Shown here one piece after another: positions 12,271-24,037 of a stretch of 64,000 bases of DNA (its first letter is position 1; the number at the start of each line of letters is the position of its first letter). The translations under genes and the position numbers were made by a program. This DNA is from Octopus sinensis. Taxonomy: Eukaryota. The notes under the pieces are model-generated. The model ran no database searches. It saw only the letters and a program-made list of their open reading frames with translations, and was not told the DNA's origin. The stretch spans positions 171,740,001 to 171,804,000 of the forward strand of contig NC_042999.1 in the NCBI RefSeq assembly GCF_006345805.1, given 5' to 3'.

Positions 12271-14169
12271 GTTCTAGATATTTCTCCAAGTTATCCTAGC
12301 ACTAATCGGCTTCAAGCTTTTAGCGAAAATCATCACTAACATTGATCTCTGAACTATAAGCATTTCCGCGAAGGGCATGATAGCCAAAACATTAATACGA
12401 AAAAAGAATATGTGGTTGAAAGACAAAGGTCTGTTCTTAATATGTCGGAGCATTGAAACTGGCGAAGAGGAGAAAATCGTATTTTATTAGTACTCTTCTA
12501 TGTATTTTGGAATGGAACTGAAATATTTTTCTACTGAGTATTTGTTAGATACATTATACAAAACAAATACACAGTTCCTGTAAATGATTTCGATGTTAAA
12601 CAAAATAACTGATTTACAAATACAGGAGGTGTTTTTATAGATCTTTAGCTAATTCTTAGTAAATAGGTACTTCAGAGTAATACAATCCACTGACGTTTAA
12701 TAACAAAATACATTGGTTCTTAACATAGGAAAAAGAAGAAAAAAATGGTTTTCATATTTCCTTCCTAAGAAAGAACATATATTTCATGGAGCAATATTTA
12801 TTATTTCATGGAGTATCGGCACTGCTTAATGCTACATAGTTCTTACCGTCATACTTAGACACTCATGTACATATGTCCGTGCGCTTCGACTTAAATATTA
12901 GTTTCTATGTGTTCGTGTGTTTGGTCGATGATTAATATATCCTTTTTGATATGACAGGAAACTGTTCAGCACGGTTTAATTTTTCATGATTTATTCTGTT
13001 ATATATTATTCGTGTCTTTTTCATTTTTTGTTTTTAATTCGTTACATATTAAAATATTTTATTTCTTTTGTTTCGAAGTAATTTATTTTAAGCAAATGAA
13101 TTTTATTGCCGTTTTTCTTTCACAGAGTGTGTCAGAAAACGGAAGGAAACATCTTTGGCCGCTCATTCTCTTGCAAAATATCTCTAGATAGAGTTAATAT
13201 ATTTCTGCATCTGTGTGTACGACAATACAACATAATAGATTATAACACATAAAATAAGATGATTATAAAATGAAAACAGAAATAGAGGTGATAATAGAGT
13301 CAATGCTATAAAAGAAATATTATATATATATATATGTATGTATATGTATATGTATATATCATAGCGAAAAAATTCACGTGGACTCTAATAAAATAAATAT
13401 AAAGCAGCTTATCTATGATAGATATATCATTGCCGGCTTATATTCGAGAGCGAGATTTAAATCGAATATCCTTTGTATGTTTGCAGATCTATTCTTTGTT
13501 TGGTAGCGATAAAGAATAACCATACAATAGAACGAAGCACATTACACACAAATACCAGATTATATACGCCATAAACAACGAAATGGAATGTTGCACAATA
13601 AAAAAGCTAGGGGGTTATTGAATGAGTACATACATTGTTATCTAATAAACCAAAGATGAAACTTCAATTATGTCACCATTTTAGAAATAGTAGCGAAAGC
13701 TTCCTCAAATTTTGCCGATCTTCTTAGAGACAAAAAAGACAATAAAAACGCAGTTCTAGAAGTAGAAAAACCGTGATGGTCATGGCAGAAATGTCTTTTG
13801 TGAAATGTCTGTTTATTCCTGATTATTTGAGATCCACAGCACCATTATTATCGAATCTATGCAGAAAGCTATATATATAGCCGCTCGATGTATTTCAAAT
13901 CACGTATTGCATTCTATAAAATCAAATAATACATTAACATATGCAAACTAGATACACAGAATAGAAAATTATACACGTGTGTGTGCGTGTGTAAATGTAT
14001 GTTTATGTATTTGTGTATGCATATATAATATATACGAGTGTGAGACAAAAGCCCCTGGGACAAAACCCCTTAGGCAAAATCCTCTGGGACAAACTCCCAT
14101 AGTTAAAGTGTGAAAGTGGACATAACACACTCGGTTATATTTTTCGATTATTTTTCGTTTTTTCCCTTT

Positions 14170-14500
14170 TTCTTGTTTGGGTCATTAGACTGCGATCATG
14201 CTGGGGTACCAACTTGAAAGTTTTTTAGTTGAACGAATTGACCCCAGTATTTTTTCCTTTTTATTTATATTTATTTCAGTCATTAGTCTGCGGTGACGCT
14301 GGGGCCACGCCTTGAAGAATTTCTAGTTAACTATATGGAACCCAGAATTTTTTAAAGCCTGGTCAAAACCACCTCTGTGAAATAATTTGTTTTCTGTTTC
14401 CTTTGTACATGTTTAGTCTTTAGACTGCGGCCATGCCGGGGCACCGCTTTGAAGAAATTTCAGTCGAATGTATCGACCTCAGATTTTCTTTAGCTGGTTT
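14170..14500 (-). mobile_element. Three tandem SINE family-2 3' ends
   Basis: Three ~80-95 bp copies (14170-14250, 14268-14362, 14405-14500), each with GTCATTAGACTGCG..CATGCTGGGG-like and GACCCCAG-like motifs. Confidence 0.8.
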
Positions 14501-14789
14501 TCAACCAGGGCATCAAATTAAGCCTAGAAGTTCTTTCTACATGCTAGAAATAACAGCCAGATCACTTGATTTTTTTTATATTTGCATGTAAACAAAAACG
14601 GAAATCGCGATTGTGAAAACATTTAAGTAAACAAAAATATATTCAATATATATATTCAATATATATCAATAATAATAAAGGGTAAAATTAATTAATTAAT
14701 TAATAATTAATAATTTTACCAAATAGTTCGGTATGTTAAAAGAAATTTTATCGGTAAATTAAACAAAAGGGACAGTGGGGACATACAAG

Positions 14790-14829
<40 letters not shown>

Positions 14830-14836
<7 letters not shown>

Positions 14837-15399
14837 GAAATATCATCCTCACTGCATGTGGCCGAGTATTACTCTGATGGAAGAGCATCTTTCATCTTGT
14901 CATTTTCCTTCTAATACAGAATTGAATGGCACTTTGAACAACCAAATCCAAACTTCTCTGCTAGTCCCTCAAAAGTTACGATGAGATTTTGATCCTACAG
15001 GGTTTTCAAGACGTCCACAACGAGCTCTAAAGATCTTCCAGGACGAGGCTCTCTTCTGGACTGTAGTTTCTGGCTCGGAATTTCGGGAACCACCGTCGAC
15101 ACTGGGTTATACTGCATTAATATCCCTGGTTTATACTGCATTAATATTCCTCGCACTTCTTGTTGCGTTGTTGCCTTTCTTGAACACGTAAAGCAAAACT
15201 TGCCGAATATGTTCCTTTGTCATTTCCATTATAGCTTTGAAAAAATAACTGTTAAAATCGAACTGCACACTTCAAAACTTGCACTAAGAATAAGTACAAA
15301 GTAAAATTTATAGTAAGTTGACGCTGGTAGTTTATCTCGTCCCCATCTAAATTTAAGTTCATGCAACTGGAAAAACGCATTATTTACGGGATGCCCCAA
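14830..15399 (-). mobile_element. Internally deleted mariner (Tc1/mariner) relic with one TIR
   Basis: ATG at 15229: MEMTKEHIRQVLLYVFKKGNNATRSARNINAV..QCRRWFPKFRA (HTH), then a jump to FHQSNTRPHA (cf. HQDNARPH); TIR TTGGGGCATCCCGTAAATAATGCG next to TA at 15400. Confidence 0.85.
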
Positions 15400-15469
15400 T
15401 ATATGCATATATACACATATATATGGATTTATATATATGCATACACCTACCCACATACACTCACACATA

Positions 15470-15954
15470 TGTTATTGTTTTTATTATCGTTATTATTGTT
15501 ATTAATATTATTATTATCATTATTATTATTATTCAGTAGTTTTATTTTTATAGCGTACTTTCACTCCACTACCGAGCGCAGCTCTGTGTGCCTTGGGTAT
15601 GTGCTGTGATTTGTTGTGATGCTCTGATGGTTATTGTATGGAAAGTGTTCTGCGTAGGATGTGTGCAGTGCCTTGTAGTGCAATTTCCTGTATGTTATAT
15701 GTGTTTGTAAGTCCTGGTGTTTTTGTTATGTATTGTCTGAATATTTTTTTATCATGACTAATGCACCTATTATGATAGGAATTGTTTCTGTTTTTAAATT
15801 CCACATTCTGGTTACCTCTATTTCCAGGTCTTTGTATTTTGAAAGTTTCTCCATTTCTTTTAGAGACACGTTGTCATCTGCTGGTATTCATACATCAATT
15901 AGAATGCATTTTTTTCTTTGACAACTATATCTGGTCTGTTGTCCTTAATTACTC

Positions 15955-15955
<1 letters not shown>
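15470..15955 (-). mobile_element. R4/Dong subfamily A 3' end (RLE + 3' UTR) with (TAA)n tail
   Basis: Near-identical to 1334-1750; encodes NRPDIVV..KEMEKLSKYKDLEIEVTRMWNL; flanked by TTA repeats on both sides. Confidence 0.95.
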
Positions 15956-16032
<77 letters not shown>

Positions 16033-16034
<2 letters not shown>

Positions 16035-16493
16035 GTTTGACTTTTGCTTTATGTCTGTACAAGTTGGCTCCAAGTCTCACCCAGAGACCTCAAGAGACAA
16101 CAGGTTAGAAGTTCTGTGCCATATATTTGGGGTTTTTTTTTTGGTGTTGTATTAGTGAATGTCTAGTACATAAAAAAATTAAAAAATATATAAATAAATA
16201 AAATAAAAATAAAAAAAGTTTGTTTTAAACCTTGGGATTACATAGAGAGTATTTTGCGTAGGATATGAGCAGTTCCCATGAGCACTATCTTTTGAATTTC
16301 TGTCATTTTGGGGTTTCCTTGTATCTGAGTTAGGTAGCAATCAGTCCCTTTCGCTATCATTCCCAGGGCACCTATGACAACAAGTATTGTTTTAGTCTTC
16401 AGCTTCCACATTTTGCTGATTTCTATTTCAAGATCTTTATATTTGCTCAGTTTTTGGTAGGTCTTGACAGATACGTTTATATCGATTGGGACA

Positions 16494-16494
<1 letters not shown>
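16033..16494 (-). mobile_element. R4/Dong subfamily C 3' end
   Basis: Minus strand reads PIDINVSVKTYQKLSKYKDLEIEISKMWKLKTKTILVVIGALGMI..EIQKIVLMGTAHILRKILSM*, then a distinct 3' UTR and (TAA)25 at 15956-16032. Confidence 0.9.
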
Positions 16495-16546
<52 letters not shown>

Positions 16547-17170
16547 CTTTGCACAGCTTTTAACGTTGGAGATATACTACGTTGTCAGCTGTTCTCTACC
16601 AGTGAACTAAGGGGTCACATCTTCTTTTTTGAGCACCTTCCGGAATATTCTAGCGGTTCAAAGCAGTGCTGTTTTCTGCAAGTTCTACACCCTTATTGCA
16701 GCCCCTATTTATTCCATGTACTTCTCAGAACTTTTATTCACTGTTCTCGGGGTCCCCACAATTATTGGTATTACCACCTTATTCATCGACCACAACTGCT
16801 TAACCTCCCAAGCTAACCAGTCATATCTATCGACTTTTCTTTGTCCCTTATGGAATACCTTCCTGTCACCTGGGCATGGTATGTCTTGTGATCCAGCGTA
16901 CTTTGCTTTCTTTCTCAATTAAGACTATGTCTGTCTTCCTATCCTATATCTCATGGTCGTACTGGATCATAAAATCCCATAGGATCTTTACATTATCATT
17001 TTCGATGATGCATTCATTGTTTGTGATCGTACCAACTTTTTGCTCTGCCAGGTCCATAGTTGTTGCAAAGTGTCCAATGGACAAGCCTTGCTATATTGTC
17101 ATGGTGACTCTTATATTCCTTATATACCATACGGTTTCACCATTTTGTCCAGAGATTCTATACTTATCAC
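16547..17170 (-). mobile_element. R4/Dong subfamily D 3' end
   Basis: ORF 16709-16918 KVDRYDWLAWEVKQLWSMNKVVIPIIVGTP; 3' UTR TAGTTCACTGGTAG.GAACAG.TGAC..AAGCTGTGCAAAGA shared with 29470-29550; (TAA)n tail at 16495-16546. Confidence 0.9.
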
Positions 17171-17182
17171 TTTATTTTTTTA

Positions 17183-17250
<68 letters not shown>

Positions 17251-17253
17251 ATT

Positions 17254-17298
<45 letters not shown>

Positions 17299-17345
17299 TT
17301 CATCATTATTATTATTATTACTGGAATACTATACTGGAATACTAT
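17170..17345. repeat. (TTA)n(TCA)n microsatellite with a duplicated CTGGAATACTATA
   Basis: Direct reading. Confidence 0.9.
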
Positions 17346-17439
17346 TATTATTATTACTGGAATACTATACGAAGCCTAATATAACCTTCATGACTACCAC
17401 CCTGATAAGAGTATACCTGCCACATTCATGAAATCCATA

Positions 17440-17830
17440 TGTACAGGACATAGCAATTTCATTTCAAGATGAACAGCGCTTGACCACGCAAGTTTGGCCC
17501 TGTTACAATTTTGCTCAGCTCGAGTATCCCATCCCGATCAAAAGGTCTCTGAGTAAGGATTGTTGAAGGATGTTGAACGAAACATCCATGTTTTCATAAG
17601 TGAATTATTCAAGTCCCAAAGAATCCCTCTCAGCGCATGGCTATGGTGCTCCATCGCTACTCCTGCGAATATGTGATATGCTCAACGCGTTAAGTTCAAA
17701 CAATTGACAAGAAAATCTGCTCAATATTTGCTGTAGCCCATATTTTATATCAAGGCAAACATGTACATAATAGCACTTCCAATTTGCTAAGATCAAAACT
17801 CCCGACAGCCAGTGCCTTGTATTGCATTAG
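17440..17830 (+). mobile_element. Unclassified interspersed repeat (probable LINE 3' region); related to 61960-62530
   Basis: Shared motifs AAAAGGTC, CATGGCTATG, AATATTTGCTGTAGCCCAT, CAAGGCAAA, TAAGATCA in the same order. Confidence 0.7.
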
Positions 17831-20253
17831 GACATCTATAATAATAATTATTATTATTACTATTAGCGACGGAGGCACTATTAACACCAAAACGATTTAT
17901 TTATATCCAGTTTAACACGGATATCCTGTTAGAACGCCGAAAACTGCGTTATTAGCACTGAGATTTCATCTCATGTAAATGCATTGTGCATAACACTCAG
18001 TTGTAAATCGTTGCAGACGAGTATAATTTGTTGAGAACATCCAGTTAATTATAATTAAGTCAACTGGATTTGATCATTGTGAAGCATCCGGTGCCCGAAT
18101 GGCAAACAAATTTCGCGGACATGATTTATAAAATACCAGCATCTTTTCCGACACTGATATCGCAAGTTGTGATCAGGCTTATTAAAAGTTAATTACTGAT
18201 GTTGAAAACAGTATTAGTACTAAAAGGCATTCGTTATATCTGTCACCAATTATAAAAAAAACAAAAAAAAAACCTGTCGTCTATTATGACTCGTGTTTGC
18301 GCATTTATGCTTCATGCACGTACGCACACACACACAAACACACGGATACACACACACACATACATATACACACGTAGGGGAACAGGCAGAAAGTTAGACA
18401 GTGTAATCTCTACAAGTAACATATGTGTCCATTTACGTAATGGGGATAACGCTTGAAAAATTAGCGAAACTGTAGGAAGAGATTCTCTCAGGCGTTTAAT
18501 AACTCAAAGAAGTAAAACTTATATTGAAGATATGGTGGATAACCTTAACCTCCTCATATTTCCTGCAATCCTAGTTATCGTTTTAGATTACATTTCCAAG
18601 TAGCATGTAAGAGGTAAGTCACTTAGATATGTGAGGAGTAACAACCAGCAGAAAACACTGTCATATCGCCTTTGGAGAATTTACATTGTTTTTTCACGTA
18701 ACATCTGACCTCGAAACTGAATGTTTGTTGACGTATTTGACAACATGTTCCCCATTAGTTCTTCATATATCAATATGAATATATGAATAAAAGAAATTAC
18801 ATTTTGTGGAAGAAATCTTATGCGCAAAATATACCGACAAATGAAAGTATATCTAGTCTCTAGAATTAGTAATGGGGTAAAATATCATAACTAAACAACT
18901 ACATGCTGGTTGAGGCAAGTAAATTTTCATGGAAACAATAACTCGGTATTTAACTCATTCGTAATTTAATTCAAATGTGTTTTTCAGATTCGACAGTATA
19001 TAAAAAAATTTGGTGGTTTAATTTTTTAAAAAATTGTCATTAAGTAAAGCCTGTTGAAAATACAGGACCGATTTAGAAACGTTTATCTTACCGTCCGAAT
19101 TTGGGCATATTCAGTTTCTAATTTGTATATTCTGTCTTTCGGCTACATTTGAACAAGACTCTAATTTTCGTTACTACGAAATTGTTAAAAATAAGATTTA
19201 TTAAAAAGATGGTTGACAGTGATCGTCTCAGATAAGCTACGCAGACACAGTAATATCCAACATTATGGTGATGATCAAATTGATAAATTTGATGGTGGTA
19301 ACATTAGTCATTTTAAAAACTTCAAATATTGTAATGGTTGTTTATTTTCAGCAAGATGAGGGCTTCTGAACAATTGTAGTCTACTAGATCTATGACCAGA
19401 CATCTATCTATCTGTGACCGTTATAAGTTATGTTTTCCGATACAATATCTTTATGGTAAATGAAATTCTGGCGTCGATTTAATCGAATAATGAAATGTTC
19501 CAGGTAGCATAGCTTAGTATTTATTGTAGAATACAGTTCTAATATTGGCCAAATCATTCCTAAAACAAATGAATTTATCCACGCTATTTCTTTTACACCT
19601 ATAGAACGAAACTGATGTCCAATTGTAGCCATTACTAGCGATCACTAGTGGAGGTTACTTTACATGGGTTTTAGATCACAAATAAAGTATATGCACTAAA
19701 ATATGGAAAAGCATTGTTTAAGTATTTGAATCGAAGTGCGATGGTATCAAATCGCCTCCTTCCACCAAAAGATACAAAATAAATGTTAACTCACGAGCGT
19801 TTATGAAGGTATGGCCATGAGGAAATATCAGCGTAGCTGACAAATAGCCTAGCGGGATTACTTACGATACTTTATCTCTGGCTTTAAATAGGGCACGAGA
19901 AAAAGTGGCATTAGATGATACCAAAGTCAACAAAAGAATGTACCAGACAAAGTGCTTGATTTATTTTATAGAATATTTTCTCTCTCAAACATTCAGGGTC
20001 CTGCCTAACTCAGAAAAAAATATAGTGAAGTTAATGATGACAACGACACGAGGCCCACATTACGATAAAATGAATATTTAACAAAGTAGTTGCGTATGAA
20101 ATGATAAGATATATATATATATATATAATTAATTAATAAGGGTGAGAGAATTAGATACTAATTTAGTAGTATATCTATTCAACACCAAGTGGCCTAGTGC
20201 TCCGAGAAACCTGGATTATTATAATATTTTATAATATATTATAATATTTTTAC

Positions 20254-20708
20254 AAAATAAATATAAGAGAGTGGTCACTATATGGCTCACTCTAGCACTA
20301 GTTAATCCAAAAGGTTTCAACCACAAAAATACATGTTTCTCATGAAAGTCAGTACGATTGTTAGCTCACACGGACAGGGCAAATAAAAATAACAAAAATA
20401 CAGATTATTTTGGGACAATTGTTTCGCTATTAATGAATTAAATGTAATTTTACTTACAAAAAATCCACTTGTAGCTCCTCAGCCAAAACTATCTGGATGA
20501 AATCCACTCAATCACACGCCAGATTTTACCATAACGATAAATACACGTGTGGTTCAATAGATTACATCCGACGTTATAATTCAACGTCGGATGTGAGCTA
20601 ACAATCGTACTGACTTTCATGAGAAACATGTATTTTTGTGGTTGAAACCTTTTGGATTAACTAGTGCTAGAGTGAGCCATATAGTGACCACTCTCTTATA
20701 TTTATTTT
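20254..20708. mobile_element. Fold-back/MITE-like element, 455 bp, with 117-bp perfect inverted repeats
   Basis: 20254-20370 is the exact reverse complement of 20592-20708 by manual comparison. Confidence 0.85.
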
Positions 20709-20725
20709 ATATATATATATATATT

Positions 20726-20893
20726 GTTGTATTCCGGGATGGTCATGTTTTCTACCAAATAAACACATGCACTATATATTTTTCTTCACTTGTTTATTAC
20801 AATGGAAACGAGTTGAAAAAATAAAATAAGTGAGAAAATATAGAGAGAGTGTGTGTTTATTTGCCAAAAACAAAGACCATCCCGAAATACAAC
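20726..20893. mobile_element. Second fold-back/MITE-like element with ~66-bp imperfect inverted repeats
   Basis: GTTGTATTCCGGGATGGTC..AAATAAACACA..CACTT (20726-20791) mirrored at 20828-20893; both strands translate VVFRDG..QINT. Confidence 0.75.
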
Positions 20894-20964
20894 ACTATCT
20901 GTTTCAACACATGATTTCACATCAGAAATCTTGCAAAACGAATTTATGTATGTGTGTATATATA

Positions 20965-21007
<43 letters not shown>

Positions 21008-21019
21008 TAACAGAATACA

Positions 21020-21420
21020 AAAAAATGGGACAAAAACGCAAAAGGTGACAACAAGACATCCAGACAGTTATATGATACAGAAAAGGATCAAGAAAAAAAA
21101 AAGGACGGGTCAGTCGGACTTTTCTTTCCTCAGTCGAGTTCCGGATTATCTTTGACGTTTCGGCTGGTTATACTCGAGACTACTCCAATCTGGCTAGCCC
21201 CAAGGAAAATCTAAGCTAAGATCACTAGATTCCTCGGAAGAAAGCAGCGAATGCATACGAAAACAAGGACGAAAATAATCGGAGAAACAATGGGTACAAA
21301 TGCAGACAACAGGACATTAACAACAGGTATCTTTCGACTAAGGACAAATTAAGTTGGCGTGTGTGAGAAGTGAAGCGTTACAGCAGCGACATAAGAGATG
21401 ACAAGCATGAGAAAGGTAAG
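21020..21420. repeat. Unclassified interspersed repeat next to (TA)n, possibly a Penelope-like terminus
   Basis: Purine-rich, with an ACGTTTCGGCTGG motif; similar character at 22430-22570 and 39485-39680; classification from memory only. Confidence 0.3.
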
Positions 21421-21947
21421 ATTTCTTTTAAATTCGTACGTCTATAGCTCAGGTCAAAGATAGCAAAATCTTTTACAATTTGCTAAGAATATATATATAT
21501 ATATATTGTCTTGGCTACACGCGGGTGGAAGGGGGCTGGTGACACAAACTTTCATTCACACTTTGAATTTCGTGGTACTGGTAATGCTTTAGCTCGCTCT
21601 GACACTGAGTTGAGATGATGCCTTCTAGTATCTCAAAATTTAATATACAATTATTCATAATTGTAGTATCCTACGCTGATGAGAAAAGAAGTTGGGTAGG
21701 TAGAATTATCTAATTGTTATGCTTTCCTAAAACTTGATTTCGAAACGTACGTCCGTAGGTGACTTAAAATTGTATGATAGATTGCCGTCATTTCATTCTC
21801 TCTTACCTGTCTGTGTTTGCCTTTCAAGTGCTGTGTTTTTACTGAGATCTCCCTTTTAGTAGAAAGAATAGCTATAAAACTCTTTGACTGCTATTTCTAA
21901 ATTCGGTGTGTGGTGAGGCAATTCGTTGCTAAACCCTTAATTGCTTA

Positions 21948-21991
<44 letters not shown>

Positions 21992-22289
21992 TATACATAT
22001 ATACATATAATGGGCACCCGACGTTCTAAACATAGAAAATAATTGTATCGCAAATAATTGGATATCAATATTTCCACGATTGGTGGGGTGCATAAACACA
22101 GAGAAAGAATACTTCTCCATGTAGGAACACCTTAGAGGGCTTTCCCTTCATGCTACTGCGTACATCTCAAAGTATTATGTCTGATTTTCCTTATTCTATA
22201 TACTTATAGGAACACTTGTTAATTCCACTGATAACACTTGTAAACCAGTTGTGTTTCCCCTATCGTAGTTATGAGAATGAAATTTTTGT

Positions 22290-22300
22290 TATATATTCAC

Positions 22301-22348
<48 letters not shown>

Positions 22349-22370
22349 CTGTCTCTCTGTGTGTGTGTGT

Positions 22371-22401
<31 letters not shown>

Positions 22402-22430
22402 AATGTTTGTATGTGTGTTTGTGTGTGCAA
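22290..22430. repeat. (TA)n(TG)n microsatellite
   Basis: Direct reading. Confidence 0.95.
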
Positions 22431-23489
22431 GTGAGTTAGAAGCGTGATTAAGCGTGGATAGAAACTGATAGATTGACACGGAGAATAAACCTTGGAATGT
22501 TCAGGCGTTACGTTTCGTAACACCTAAACAAAAGTAATTAAGAGAAACATATGGAAGGTCAGTAACAACTAAACATTCTCGCACCTTCTTTAATACATTT
22601 TCTCTTGCCCACCAATACACTGTAACTTGATGCACCGAAATATTCAAATGTATTTTGTGCATTACAGTATTAAATAATAATTTACAATCACCTTACAATC
22701 CATTCTGTTGTGCAATTTTACAAGCCATGAATCTAAGCATTTTATTTGAATACCCAATTAAATGCAATACAGAATCCTTACTTTTGCTATTGTGTACAGA
22801 CACGTGCATCATAAGACCATCTATAGAAAAAAAGAAACATTGTTTTATATGAATGAGAAATGAATGCTATTTCAAGTAGCAAAGATTTATAATTATTGTG
22901 CTTTCATACTGCCAAGTGTTGAGAGGCTACATAGAATTTTTAGAATGATTAACTGTTAGAAATAGGACACTTTGTGCGATGAACGTCATCAATGAGATTT
23001 AAATTGTTTTCACCTCGTTTCAGTTTTGTTGATTTTAATGCAATTCTCTTCAAAGATTTATATACACATTGAATTGTTCCATGGTATTCCATCAACTGCA
23101 GTTTTTTTCAAACTTACTACATGAATATAACTTTTTTCTGATCTGGTTGAAGGCTATTTCCGCATTTTAACTTAAGATGATAAGGAAGTAAGTCAAGGGA
23201 GTATAGTTTTACATGGAAGAAAGGTTTTGAAATTCTTGTATTATCCACACCAATTATATGTCCTGTTGATCTACATTTCATACTTTGCACGAAGGTATCT
23301 CTACTTAAAATGTTCACCAACTCCAAAAACACAGAGTCGATCCAAACTCCATAATAATGATGATGATGATGATGGTGGTGGTAGTGGTGATGGTGGTGAT
23401 GGTGGTGTTGATGATGATGATGAGGAGGAGGAAGAAGATATTGTTAATATGTTTTAACTCTCCATGATTCTGAGGAAGATGGGAGCTGG

Positions 23490-24020
23490 TTACTAAATGG
23501 AGAAAAACGTGAGACCGGTAAACCACCTACTGTTTACGGATGACTTGAAGCATTGCGGAGCTGACAAAAGTCAACTGGATTCACTTGTTTAGATCACACG
23601 AATTTTCTCTCAAGGCATCTAGATGACATTTGGTATAAAATTTAGTTGTTATTGAACCTAAGAGAGGGAAGGAAGTAGAGAGAGAAGGTCAAAGTAACTT
23701 GGCATTTTATAATTAGTGCTGATGATGAACACGAAGATGAAGCAGGAAGTTTTTGTCTCGATAAACTAGAGGAATTAAAAAGTTTTCTAGACCTAACCTA
23801 AATGGAAGGAGCCTGATTAGAGGCATCAATGCCTAAGTATGATACGTTATACGCAGGAGTTGCGGAATGGACAAAGAATGAACTGGTCAATAGGGATAGA
23901 GAAACTAGGATGGCAATGGCTAGGTATGAGTATGAGTTTTGTAATAGTAAGTCACTTTTGATTTTTAAAAAAATTCTAGCGATGAGGATTAACTCTGGAT
24001 CCCACCCCACTCTGTTATAG
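23490..24020 (+). mobile_element. Degraded R4/Dong RT fragment
   Basis: VNHLLFTDDLKH (cf. INHLLYMDDLKL), QLDSLV, and ORF 23829 YAGVAEWTKNELVNRDRETRMAM (cf. YSAGIVEWTKNEL..MDRKTRK). Confidence 0.75.
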
Positions 24021-24037
24021 TAAGATAGCAAACTATA

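Noticed and set aside
18050-18180. Minus-strand FINHVREICLP resembling trypsin xxxVxPICLP
   Set aside because: No preceding DIALL motif, other protease motifs, or good splice sites
22697-23290. Several AG..GT-bounded minus-strand segments (23116-23290, 22782-22820, 22697-22732) and one at 8722-8765
   Set aside because: They cannot be chained in phase into a recognisable protein, one implied intron is only 49 nt, and such pairs arise by chance in AT-rich DNA
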